Notes under the pieces: model-generated
Seen by the model: only the letters and a program-made list of their open reading frames with translations
What the model was told of the DNA's origin: nothing
Databases searched by the model: none
Shown: in pieces, positions 1 to 7,722 of the stretch
Position numbering within the stretch: position 1 is the stretch's first letter
How the letters are laid out: each line of letters begins with the position of its first letter
Position numbers and translations under genes: made by a program
Source of the DNA: Armatimonadota bacterium
Lineage (GTDB): Bacteria > Sysuimicrobiota > Sysuimicrobiia > Sysuimicrobiales > Humicultoraceae
Direction: 5' to 3'
Length of the DNA: 10,816 bases
Assembly (NCBI GenBank): GCA_052386995.1
Contig: JBQTJP010000054.1
Span: forward strand, 1-10,816

Positions 1-374
1 CCCGCACGCTGGGCAACTGCCTCTCTATGACAAACTACGCCCGCGTCGTAGACGCCGTGGGCCCGCTGCGCGCCAAGGACCTGCTCTTCACGGCGCGGCT
101 GCTCTCGGCGCAGGACGCGCTTGCCCTGGGCCTCGTGAGCGGGGTAGCTGCGCCCGAGGACCTCGAGCGCCACGTGCGCGAGCAGGCCGACATCGTGGCG
201 CGGCACGCTCCCCTGACATTGCAGATTACCAAGGAAGCCATCCGTCGCATCCAGGAGCGCCGCCGGGCCGTCGATGGCGACGATCTGATCATCCGGGCGT
301 ATATGAGCGAAGACTTCCGCGAAGGCGTGCGGGCGTTTCTGGACAAGCGCTCGCCGGTCTGGCAGGGAAAGTAG
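1..374 (+). CDS. Enoyl-CoA hydratase/isomerase (crotonase) family protein, 5'-truncated by the window edge
   Basis: The frame is open from position 3 (RTLGNCLS-MTNYARVV...), so the ATG at 27 is probably internal. Crotonase C-terminal patterns: 'AKDLLFTARLLSAQDALALGLV', 'APLTLQITKEAI', 'SEDFREGVRAFLDKRSPVWQGK'. TAG at 372-374. Confidence 0.9.
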   Translation, partial: RTLGNCLSMTNYARVVDAVGPLRAKDLLFTARLLSAQDALALGLVSGVAAPEDLERHVREQADIVARHAPLTLQITKEAIRRIQERRRAVDGDDLIIRAYMSEDFREGVRAFLDKRSPVWQGK

Positions 375-570
375 CCCGACGGAAATCGCTCCTACCATCA
401 CGAAGGCGACGAGGAGCGTCGCGGCGACCACTTCCATCGCCGGACGCAACCTGCTGCGCATCAGCACGACCGGCAACGCAGCGAGCAGTACTGGCAGCCC
501 GAGCGGGATCACTTCGGGCCACCCCCTTATGATCCGGCCGGCACATCCGCTCACAGAGCGGTCAGACTCC

Positions 571-606
571 TACCAGAATGGTACCCTCTGCTGAGTTGCT
601 CAGGAA
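571..606. promoter_or_regulatory. Candidate overlapping divergent promoter/operator region upstream of dctP
   Basis: Plus strand: extended -10-like TGgTACCCT at 579-587, with no good -35. Minus strand: TTCCTG (606-601), 17-bp spacer, TACCAT (583-578). Two 5-3-5 inverted repeats: TACCA-gaa-TGGTA (571-583) and CTGAG-ttg-CTCAG (591-603). Confidence 0.3.
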
Positions 607-686
607 CAGGATTACCGCGCGCCATTGCTGAATGCTGCCACTGCGGTTTGACGAACGGGTGCTCCAGGCGACGAAGGGGGTAGGGT

Positions 687-1697
687 ATGCTCAAGTCCAG
701 GTTTCTCGCGCTCTGCCTTGCGGTGGCGGTTCTCTGCGGCGTGCTGATCCTGGCAACCATTCCTCAGGCGGGCGCTCAGCAGCGTATGATCATCCGGTTC
801 GGGCACGTGGGGTTCCCCGACTCGCTATTCGACCTCACCGCCCGCGAGTACGCACGGCGGGTCAACAGCGAACTGGCGGCCCGGGTCGAGATGCGGGTCT
901 TCCACTCGAGCCAGCTGGGGACCGACGAGGACATGATCCGCGGCGTCCGGGTCGGCGCCCTCGAGATGTTCCTGCCGTCGACGATCATGAGCTCGGTAAC
1001 GGACGCGTACGGCGTCTTCGAGATGCCGTACATCATCACGAGCCACCGGCACATGAAGGCCGTCTCGGAGAACGCCGAGCTGAAGCGGCTCCTGTTCGAC
1101 CCGATGCCGCTGCAGGGACTGCGCCTGCTGGCCTACTGGGAGAACGGGTTCCGGCACGTCACCAACAACCGTCGCGCGATTAACAGGCCGGAGGACCTCA
1201 GGGGGATCAAGCTGCGCATTCCGCGCGGAGTGTGGCGGCAGAAGATGTTCGAGGCGTACGGGGCGACCCCAACGCCGATGGCGTTCGCCGAGGTCTTCTC
1301 CGCGCTCCAGACCGGCGTGATGGATGCGCAGGAGAATCCGCTCGCGCAGATCTGGGGCGCGAAGTTCCATGAGGTGCAGCGGTTCCTGTCGCTCACGGGC
1401 CACGTCTACACTCCGGCGTATCCCGCGGCCGGGGAACGGTGGTGGCAGACGGTTCCCGCAGACACGCGCCTCGCGCTGCGTCGGATCGCCGAGGAAGTCG
1501 GCGACTATGCGCGCGCCAACGGCGAGCGCCTGGACAACAGCCTCGTCGACGAGATGCGAAAAGCCAACCCGCGCTTTCAGGTCAACGAGGTCGACAAGCG
1601 GGCCTTCATCTCCGCCTCGGAAAAGATCTACGACGAGTTTGCCAGGACCGTCCCCAACGGCGCGCAGCTCATCAGGCTGATCCAGACCCTGCGCTGA
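687..1697 (+). CDS. dctP: TRAP transporter substrate-binding protein (DctP family)
   Basis: 336 aa. Sec-type signal peptide (MLKSRFLALCLAVAVLCGVLILATIPQAGA). DctP motifs 'SSQLGTDEDMIRGVRVGALEM', 'YWENGFRHVTNNRRAINRPEDLRGIKLR', 'PMAFAEVFSALQTGVMDAQENP', 'LSLTGHVY'. Purine-rich RBS-like run AAGGGGGTAGGG before the ATG. Confidence 0.96.
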   Translation: MLKSRFLALCLAVAVLCGVLILATIPQAGAQQRMIIRFGHVGFPDSLFDLTAREYARRVNSELAARVEMRVFHSSQLGTDEDMIRGVRVGALEMFLPSTIMSSVTDAYGVFEMPYIITSHRHMKAVSENAELKRLLFDPMPLQGLRLLAYWENGFRHVTNNRRAINRPEDLRGIKLRIPRGVWRQKMFEAYGATPTPMAFAEVFSALQTGVMDAQENPLAQIWGAKFHEVQRFLSLTGHVYTPAYPAAGERWWQTVPADTRLALRRIAEEVGDYARANGERLDNSLVDEMRKANPRFQVNEVDKRAFISASEKIYDEFARTVPNGAQLIRLIQTLR

Positions 1698-1700
1698 TCG

Positions 1701-2228
1701 ATGGCCGCCGATCGCGCTGACGTCCGGGGCGCGGGCATCGCGCCCCGTGGCGGCCTTGCGCGCGCGACCGACCTGCTGGTCTCCATCCTCGAAATCTACT
1801 GCACGATTCTGCTGGTCGGGATGGCCGTGATTGTGCTGTTGGGCGTGTTCTACCGATATGCCATCGAACGCGCGCTCCCATGGTACGACGAGTTCGCAGA
1901 GTTCCTCCTCGTCTGGCTGACATTCTACGGCGCGGTGCTGGCCTCGCACCGCGATGCCCACATCGGCTTCGAGACGGTCGTCGAGTACCTGCCGGCACGC
2001 GCGCAGCGGTGGGTCGGCATTTTCGCCGAGGCGGTCATCCTCATCGTCCAGGCCGCGCTCTTTTACTACGGCTGGTCCCTGGTCCAGGCGGCGTCGTTTG
2101 ATACCGCGATCTCGATCCGATCGGTGAGGCTGTCCTGGATCTACAGCGCGATCCCTATCGGCGGCGGGCTGATGTTCGTGATCGGGCTGCGGCGGCTGGC
2201 AGGTCTGATGCGCGCGGAGCGGGCATGA
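1701..2228 (+). CDS. dctQ: TRAP transporter small permease (DctQ)
   Basis: 175 aa with four hydrophobic segments. DctQ motifs 'VFYRY...LPWYDEFAEFLLVWLTFYGA' and 'HIGFE'. Starts 3 bp after the dctP stop and overlaps dctM by ATGA. Confidence 0.93.
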   Translation: MAADRADVRGAGIAPRGGLARATDLLVSILEIYCTILLVGMAVIVLLGVFYRYAIERALPWYDEFAEFLLVWLTFYGAVLASHRDAHIGFETVVEYLPARAQRWVGIFAEAVILIVQAALFYYGWSLVQAASFDTAISIRSVRLSWIYSAIPIGGGLMFVIGLRRLAGLMRAERA

Positions 2229-3505
2229 GCGGCGCCGTCATCGGCATCATCGTGTTTCTGTCGGCGATGCGGGTGCCGATCGCCTTCGCGCTGATCGCCG
2301 CCGTGCTGGCGGCGCTGATACTCGGCGGGGGCACCACTCCCGCGGTGATTCCGCTGCATCTCTTCTCGGGCGCCGCGAAGTTTCCGCTGCTGGCCATCCC
2401 CCTCTTCATCCTGGCCGGCGGCTTGATGAACTCCTCGGGGATCTCGCTGCGCATCATCAACATGGCCTCGGCGCTCGTCGGACACATCCGCGGCGGCCTG
2501 GCCATGGTCAACGTCGTCGACTCGATGTTCTTCGCCGAGATCTCCGGCTCGGCGGTGGCCGACGTCGCCGCGCTGGGGAGCATCATCATCCCGGCGATGG
2601 TGAAGAAGGGCTACACGCCGCAGTTCACGGCGGCGCTCACGTCGGTGACGGCGTCGCTCGCGATCATCATCCCCCCCAGCATCCCCATGATCCTGTACGC
2701 GGTCATCGCCGGCACCTCGGTGACGCGACTGTTCCTGACCGGATTCGCCCCCGGGCTCATCGGCGGCCTCTTGATGATGGCCGTGGTCTATTACAAGGCA
2801 AAGAAGTACAACTTTCCGGTCGAGGAGGCGTTCTCGGTCCCGCGCCTGGTCGCGACCTTCCGGGATGCCGGCTGGACGCTGGCGCTGCCGGTCATTATCC
2901 TGGGGGGAATGTTCGGCGGGATCGTGACCGCGACCGAGGCCGCCGGGCTCGCCGTGCTGGCGGCCTTCATCATCGGGACGTTCATCTATCGCGAGATGAA
3001 CCTCCGGACGCTGCGCGGCGCGATGTTGGACGGCGTGGTGCAGACGGCGACGGTGATGATGATCGTCGCGGCCTCGGCGGTGCTCGGCTGGTACCTGACC
3101 AACGAGCAGGTGCCGCAGCGCTTCGCGGAGGCGGTGCTGGGGCTCACGACCGACCGCGCGATGGTCCTGCTCTTCCTCAACGTCTTCCTGCTGATCGCGG
3201 GCATGTTCCTGCACAGCGCCGCAGCCATCCTGCTCATCGTCCCGATCGTTATGCCGCTGATCCGGCAGGTCGGCGTCGACCCGGTGCACTTTGGGATCAT
3301 CGTGACACTCAACCTGGCGATCGGGCAGCAGACTCCGCCGGTGGCGTCCGTGCTGCTGACGGCGTGTGCGGTAGCGAAGCAGCCGGTGGGGAAGGTCTTC
3401 TACGAAGCGATCCCGTTCATCATCGTCTTACTCATCGTGCTGGCGATTGTGACCTACATCCCAATCATCCCGCTCTTCCTTCCCCGGCTCCTGCAGGGAC
3501 CATAG
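2225..3505 (+). CDS. dctM: TRAP transporter large permease (DctM)
   Basis: 426 aa, highly hydrophobic. DctM motifs 'LLAIPLFILAGGLM', 'GGLAMVNV...ISGSAVAD', 'IIPPSIPMILY', 'GIVTATEAA', 'DPVHFGII', 'IGQQTPPVA'. Confidence 0.96.
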   Translation: MSGAVIGIIVFLSAMRVPIAFALIAAVLAALILGGGTTPAVIPLHLFSGAAKFPLLAIPLFILAGGLMNSSGISLRIINMASALVGHIRGGLAMVNVVDSMFFAEISGSAVADVAALGSIIIPAMVKKGYTPQFTAALTSVTASLAIIIPPSIPMILYAVIAGTSVTRLFLTGFAPGLIGGLLMMAVVYYKAKKYNFPVEEAFSVPRLVATFRDAGWTLALPVIILGGMFGGIVTATEAAGLAVLAAFIIGTFIYREMNLRTLRGAMLDGVVQTATVMMIVAASAVLGWYLTNEQVPQRFAEAVLGLTTDRAMVLLFLNVFLLIAGMFLHSAAAILLIVPIVMPLIRQVGVDPVHFGIIVTLNLAIGQQTPPVASVLLTACAVAKQPVGKVFYEAIPFIIVLLIVLAIVTYIPIIPLFLPRLLQGP

Positions 3506-3518
3506 CCAGGCCCGACGC

Positions 3519-4451
3519 TCAGCGCCGTGAGGGAGACCGACGGCCCCGTGGGCGCTGGGGCAGGCGCGCCTCCAGCTCGTCGAGGGTCTTGGGCCAGTCG
3601 CCTCTCAGAAGCACCGACAGGGATCGGTCGGAGAGCAATTTGCCGCCGGTCTGGCAGCGGGCGCAATAGTTCGTTTCGTTGTCGGCGTAGGCGATGCGCT
3701 GGATGGGCGCGCCGCACACCTGGCAGGGGTGCCGGTAGCGGCCGTGGACCGCCATCCCCTTTCTGAACGCCGTGACCTTCTCCGGAAAGCCGGCACCCGC
3801 TTCCAGGCGGAGCCGCTCGATCCAGTCAGCGAGCGTCTCGCGGGTGGCCTCGTAGAGCCGCATGGTCTCGGCGTCGTCGAGTCTGGTCGTGACGGCCGCC
3901 GGGGAGAGGCGCGCGTGGAACAGGATTTCATCTGAATACGCGTTGCCGATGCCGCTGAAGAGTGTTGGATCGGTGAGGGCGCGCTTCACGGTGTGGCGCT
4001 CCCGTGTGAGCGCGTCCCGGAACGCCGCCAGATCGGCCTCGAGGACCTCCAGCCCGCCGCGGTCGAGCGCCGCGAGCGCGGCCTCGCCCCGGACGAGCTG
4101 CAGCGAGGCGCGTTTCCTCGTGCTCGCCTCGGTGACGATCAGTGTGCCGGTTGGAAAGTCGAACGCGGCAAGGCCGACGCGGGCCGGAATCCTTGCTCCG
4201 CGCTCCTTCCAGTGGAGCCGGCCCGCGATCATCAGGTGGATGACCACGAACAGGTCGTCCTCGAGCCCGAGCACGATGTGCTTGCCGATGCGTCGGAGCC
4301 CCAAGACCCGCTTGCCCTCGATCTCACGGACGGGCGGGTCGACCGATCGCAGAAAGAACGGGCTGGCCAAGCGCAGGCGCTGGAGCGGCGAGTCCAGGAT
4401 CCGCGCCGCCAAGCTCTCGACGTACACCGTGATGTCCGGTAGTTCAGGCAC
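3519..4451 (-). CDS. Fpg/Nei family DNA glycosylase/AP lyase (atypical 'PELPD' paralog), about 310 aa
   Basis: The real start is most likely GTG at 4451, giving (M)PELPDITVYVE with the N-terminal catalytic Pro-Glu; the extra 40 aa in the ORF track overlap the VOC gene. Also 'RRIGKHI' (conserved Lys), H2TH 'LTDPTLFSGIGNAYSDEILFHARLSP', and zinc finger 'CQVCG...NYCARCQ'. Confidence 0.93.
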   Translation of the reverse strand: MPELPDITVYVESLAARILDSPLQRLRLASPFFLRSVDPPVREIEGKRVLGLRRIGKHIVLGLEDDLFVVIHLMIAGRLHWKERGARIPARVGLAAFDFPTGTLIVTEASTRKRASLQLVRGEAALAALDRGGLEVLEADLAAFRDALTRERHTVKRALTDPTLFSGIGNAYSDEILFHARLSPAAVTTRLDDAETMRLYEATRETLADWIERLRLEAGAGFPEKVTAFRKGMAVHGRYRHPCQVCGAPIQRIAYADNETNYCARCQTGGKLLSDRSLSVLLRGDWPKTLDELEARLPQRPRGRRSPSRR

Positions 4452-4797
4452 GCAGGCGCGCGGGCTTTGGGTACTTCGGCTGGTACAACAGGACCTTGAC
4501 GTCGCCGGGCATCCGGAACGTCGTCGTGAGCCCCCAGCCTTTGTCGGCAATCTCAGAGGTAAACTCGACACCCCGCTGCTTCAACTGCTCGACGGTGGCG
4601 GCAAGATCATCGCAATAAAAGGAAATCTCGTGGAAGGTCCTGTCCGATGGGTGGCAGCCCATATCGGCTTCGGGCACGTCAAAGATGAGCCAGCCCCCAC
4701 CCGCGTCGGTATAGGGAAGGCCCAGCTTGTCGCGGATGAATGTCCGCATCTCTTCCGCCTTCGGCGAGTAGAACAACGCATGCATGCCCCTAATCAT
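4444..4797 (-). CDS. VOC (glyoxalase/bleomycin resistance/extradiol dioxygenase) family protein
   Basis: 117 aa with a two-module VOC pattern: 'HALFYS...MRTFIRDKLGL', 'HEISFYCDDLAATVEQLKQRGVEF', 'DKGWG...FRMPGD...LYQP'. Overlaps the upstream gene by ATGA and the downstream gene by 8 nt. GGAG lies just upstream of the start. Confidence 0.88.
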   Translation of the reverse strand: MIRGMHALFYSPKAEEMRTFIRDKLGLPYTDAGGGWLIFDVPEADMGCHPSDRTFHEISFYCDDLAATVEQLKQRGVEFTSEIADKGWGLTTTFRMPGDVKVLLYQPKYPKPARLRA

Positions 4798-7712
4798 GGC
4801 GATCTCCTCTCTGACACCGTGTGGTCGACGTCAACCGCGTGCGTGCTCGCCGAGCGCGGCGGTATCGCCTCCGCGAGCAGCTCCACCAGATGTTTCGCCC
4901 GACGCCCGGTTCCCTGGCTGATCTGCTGCCGGCAGGACACGCCCATGGCGACGACGTGGTCTTCGGCGCCCAGGCGCCGCACCGCCGGCAGGAGCCGCCG
5001 CTCGCCAATGGCCATAGAGATCTCGTAGTGCTCACGTTCAAACCCAAACGAGCCGGCCATACCGCAGCAGCCCGAATCGATCACTTCCACCTCGTATCCC
5101 GCCGATGTCAGAACGGCGGCGGCGGAGCGTGTGCCGACCATGGCCTTTTGATGGCAGTGGCCGTGCAGGAGCACCTTTCGATCGCGGGCCGGCGGCCAGG
5201 TGATCTTCCCCCGTGCGTGGAGAAACTCGTCGATCAAGAAGACCTGGTCGGCGACCGCGCGGGCGTCGGCGCCGGGGACGAGGTCGGGGACCTCATCCCG
5301 AAATGTCAGGATGCACGACGGCTCGCATCCCACGATCGGAATGCCCTCCCGCGCGTACGGCAGCAGGAGGTTGAGGTTCTCCCGCGCGCTCGCCTTCGCC
5401 GCGTCGAGCAGGCCCTTGCTGATCATGGGCCGGCCGCAACAGACGACGCGCGGCACGACCACCTCGAACCCCAGGGCTTCGAGGAGCCGCACCGCGGCGC
5501 GACCGATTTCCGGGTAGTTGAAGCGCAGGAACGTGTCGGCAAAGAGCACCACACGCGGACCGTGGGCTCCGTTCGTGGAGTGCGCGCGGCGGCTCCACCA
5601 GGCGTCAAACGTCTGCCGCGCAAACGGCGGCAGCCGCCGGCGGCGATCGATGCCCACGACCCGGTCCAGCATCCAGCGCGCCGGGGCCGAATGCGCCACC
5701 CATGTCGAGATCGGGGCCAGCGCGCACCCCAGCCGGCTGAGCCGGTGGATGTGGCCGAAGAGGCGGGCGCGCAGCGGATACCCATTCGTGTCATAGTAGC
5801 GCGCGAGGAACTCATACTTCAGTTTCGCCATGTCCACGTTCGCGGGGCATTCCGCTTTGCAGCCTTTGCACTCCAGGCACAGGTCGAGCGCCTCATACAG
5901 GCGGCGCCCGGTGAGATCGGCAGCCGGCAGGACGCCTGACAGCGCGGCCCGCAGGAGGTTCGCGCGTCCACGGGTCGAGTGCTCCTCTTCCCTCGTCACC
6001 ATGTAGGAGGGACACATGGTGCCGTCGGTGGTCTTGCGACATGCGCCGATGCCGCTGCAGAGCTCGACCCCGGCGGCCATCCCGCCGTCCCGGCTCCAGT
6101 CAAAGTGCGTGCGCAGCGGCACCGTCTGATAGCTCGGCCCGTAGCGCAAACTGTCGGTCATAGAAGGCGCGTTCACGATCTTGCCCGGGTTCATCAGGCC
6201 GTGCGGATCGAACGCCGCTTTGATCGCGCGGAAGTCTTGATAGATCGCGGGACCGAAGTAGCGCTCGAGAAACCATCCCCGGACCAGCCCATCGCCGTGC
6301 TCGCCGCTCATCACCCCGCCGAACTCGATGACGAGCTCGCCCACGGCTTCGGCAATGGCGCGCATCGTCTCGATCTCGCGGGCATCTTTCAGGTTGATCA
6401 AGGGACGCACGTGCAAACATCCCACGCTGGCGTGGGCGTAGATGGCCGCGCGGACGCCGTGACGCGCGAGGATCTCCCGGAAACGCGCGATGTATGGCGC
6501 CAGGCGCTCCGGCGGCACGGCGGTGTCCTCGACGAACGTGATCGGCTTGCTGTCCCCCTTCACACCCTGCAGCAGCCCCTGTCCCGCCTTGCGCACCTGC
6601 CAGATGTTGTCCTGCGACGGCAGGTCGAGGGCGCGGACGACCGCGTAGCCCATCTTCGCGTGCGCGAGGGAGCGCTCCATGGCGGCCAGACGTGTCAAGA
6701 CATCGTCGGCGGCATCGCCGGCAAATTCGACGATCAGCAGCGCCTCGGGGTCGCCCTCGAGAAACGTCATGCGGCGCGCGTAGTCCATCTGCGCCCGCGT
6801 CATGTCGAGGACCATCCTATCGATGAGCTCGACCGCCGCGGGACCGTGCGGAAGGATGACCTGCGTGGCTTCCAGGGCTTCGAGCAGATCGCGGAAGTGC
6901 ACGACCGCGACCGCCGCGTGTTGGGGGCGCGGCACCACGCGCACGGTCGCCTCCGTCACGACGCCCAGGGTTCCCTCAGACCCGACGATCAGGCGCGCCA
7001 GGTTGAAGGGGCGCAGGAGCATCTCCGGCAGGTTGTAGCCTGCCACGCGCCGCAGCACGCGCGGGTAGCGGCGCTCGATCTCATCACGGTCCCGCTCGAC
7101 GATCTCGAGAACCGCGCGGTAGAGGTCGCCTTCGCGCGACCGCTCCCGTCGCTTCGCGGCCAGCGCAGCGTCGTCGAGCGCGCCCAGGACGATCTCTGTC
7201 CCGTCGTACAGGAGGACGCGGATGGATAGCACGTGGTCCACCATCTTGCCGTAGACGATTGATCGCGCGCCCGCGGAGTTGTTGCCGATCATGCCGCCAA
7301 GCGTGGCCCTGTTGCTGGTCGCGGTGTCGGGACCCAGACGCATCCGGTGCGGGGCCAGCGCGCCGTTCAGGACATCCTGCACCACGCCCGGTTGAACGAC
7401 TGAGCGACCCGCGGCAGGATCGATTTCCAGAATGCGATGCATGTACTTGGAGCAGTCCAGGACAACGGCCTGACCAACGGACTGCCCGGCCAGACTCGTC
7501 CCCGCGCCGCGGGGGAGGACCGGGACGCGCTCCTCGGCGCACAGCCGAAGTGTCGCGGCGATGTCCTCCGCGTCGCGGGGCACAACAACGCCGACCGGCA
7601 TGATCTGGTAGATGCTGGCGTCGGTGCTGTACAACACGCGGGAGTACCGGTCGAAGCGGACCTCGCCCTTGATCGAAGACGCGAGGGCCCGGGCCAGGCG
7701 TTCGGCGTCCAT
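4794..7712 (-). CDS. FAD-binding and 4Fe-4S-binding oxidoreductase (YdiJ-like; GlcD-type FAD domain fused to GlcF-type Fe-S/CCG domains), putative D-2-hydroxyacid dehydrogenase
   Basis: 972 aa. 'YSTDASIYQ'; PCMH-type FAD-binding motifs 'RGAGTSLAGQ', 'ATLGGMIGNNSAG', 'GSEGTLG'; 'HASVGCLHVRP' and 'SGEHGDG'; ferredoxin-like 'CSGIGAC...MCPS' and 'CLECKGCKAECP'; CCG domains 'CCGRP', 'GCEPSC', 'HGHCHQKA', 'GCCGMAGSFG', 'SCRQQI'. Confidence 0.93.
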   Translation of the reverse strand: MDAERLARALASSIKGEVRFDRYSRVLYSTDASIYQIMPVGVVVPRDAEDIAATLRLCAEERVPVLPRGAGTSLAGQSVGQAVVLDCSKYMHRILEIDPAAGRSVVQPGVVQDVLNGALAPHRMRLGPDTATSNRATLGGMIGNNSAGARSIVYGKMVDHVLSIRVLLYDGTEIVLGALDDAALAAKRRERSREGDLYRAVLEIVERDRDEIERRYPRVLRRVAGYNLPEMLLRPFNLARLIVGSEGTLGVVTEATVRVVPRPQHAAVAVVHFRDLLEALEATQVILPHGPAAVELIDRMVLDMTRAQMDYARRMTFLEGDPEALLIVEFAGDAADDVLTRLAAMERSLAHAKMGYAVVRALDLPSQDNIWQVRKAGQGLLQGVKGDSKPITFVEDTAVPPERLAPYIARFREILARHGVRAAIYAHASVGCLHVRPLINLKDAREIETMRAIAEAVGELVIEFGGVMSGEHGDGLVRGWFLERYFGPAIYQDFRAIKAAFDPHGLMNPGKIVNAPSMTDSLRYGPSYQTVPLRTHFDWSRDGGMAAGVELCSGIGACRKTTDGTMCPSYMVTREEEHSTRGRANLLRAALSGVLPAADLTGRRLYEALDLCLECKGCKAECPANVDMAKLKYEFLARYYDTNGYPLRARLFGHIHRLSRLGCALAPISTWVAHSAPARWMLDRVVGIDRRRRLPPFARQTFDAWWSRRAHSTNGAHGPRVVLFADTFLRFNYPEIGRAAVRLLEALGFEVVVPRVVCCGRPMISKGLLDAAKASARENLNLLLPYAREGIPIVGCEPSCILTFRDEVPDLVPGADARAVADQVFLIDEFLHARGKITWPPARDRKVLLHGHCHQKAMVGTRSAAAVLTSAGYEVEVIDSGCCGMAGSFGFEREHYEISMAIGERRLLPAVRRLGAEDHVVAMGVSCRQQISQGTGRRAKHLVELLAEAIPPRSASTHAVDVDHTVSERRSP

Positions 7713-7722
7713 GAACGAGAAG

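Noticed and set aside
289..806. Short minus-strand ORFs 289-546, 551-760 and 612-806
   Set aside because: No motifs, unconvincing composition, and partial overlap with real genes.
4452..4571. 40-aa N-terminal extension of the Fpg/Nei ORF given by the ORF track
   Set aside because: It overlaps the VOC gene in another frame, and Fpg/Nei chemistry needs the Pro at the mature N-terminus, so the start is GTG 4451.
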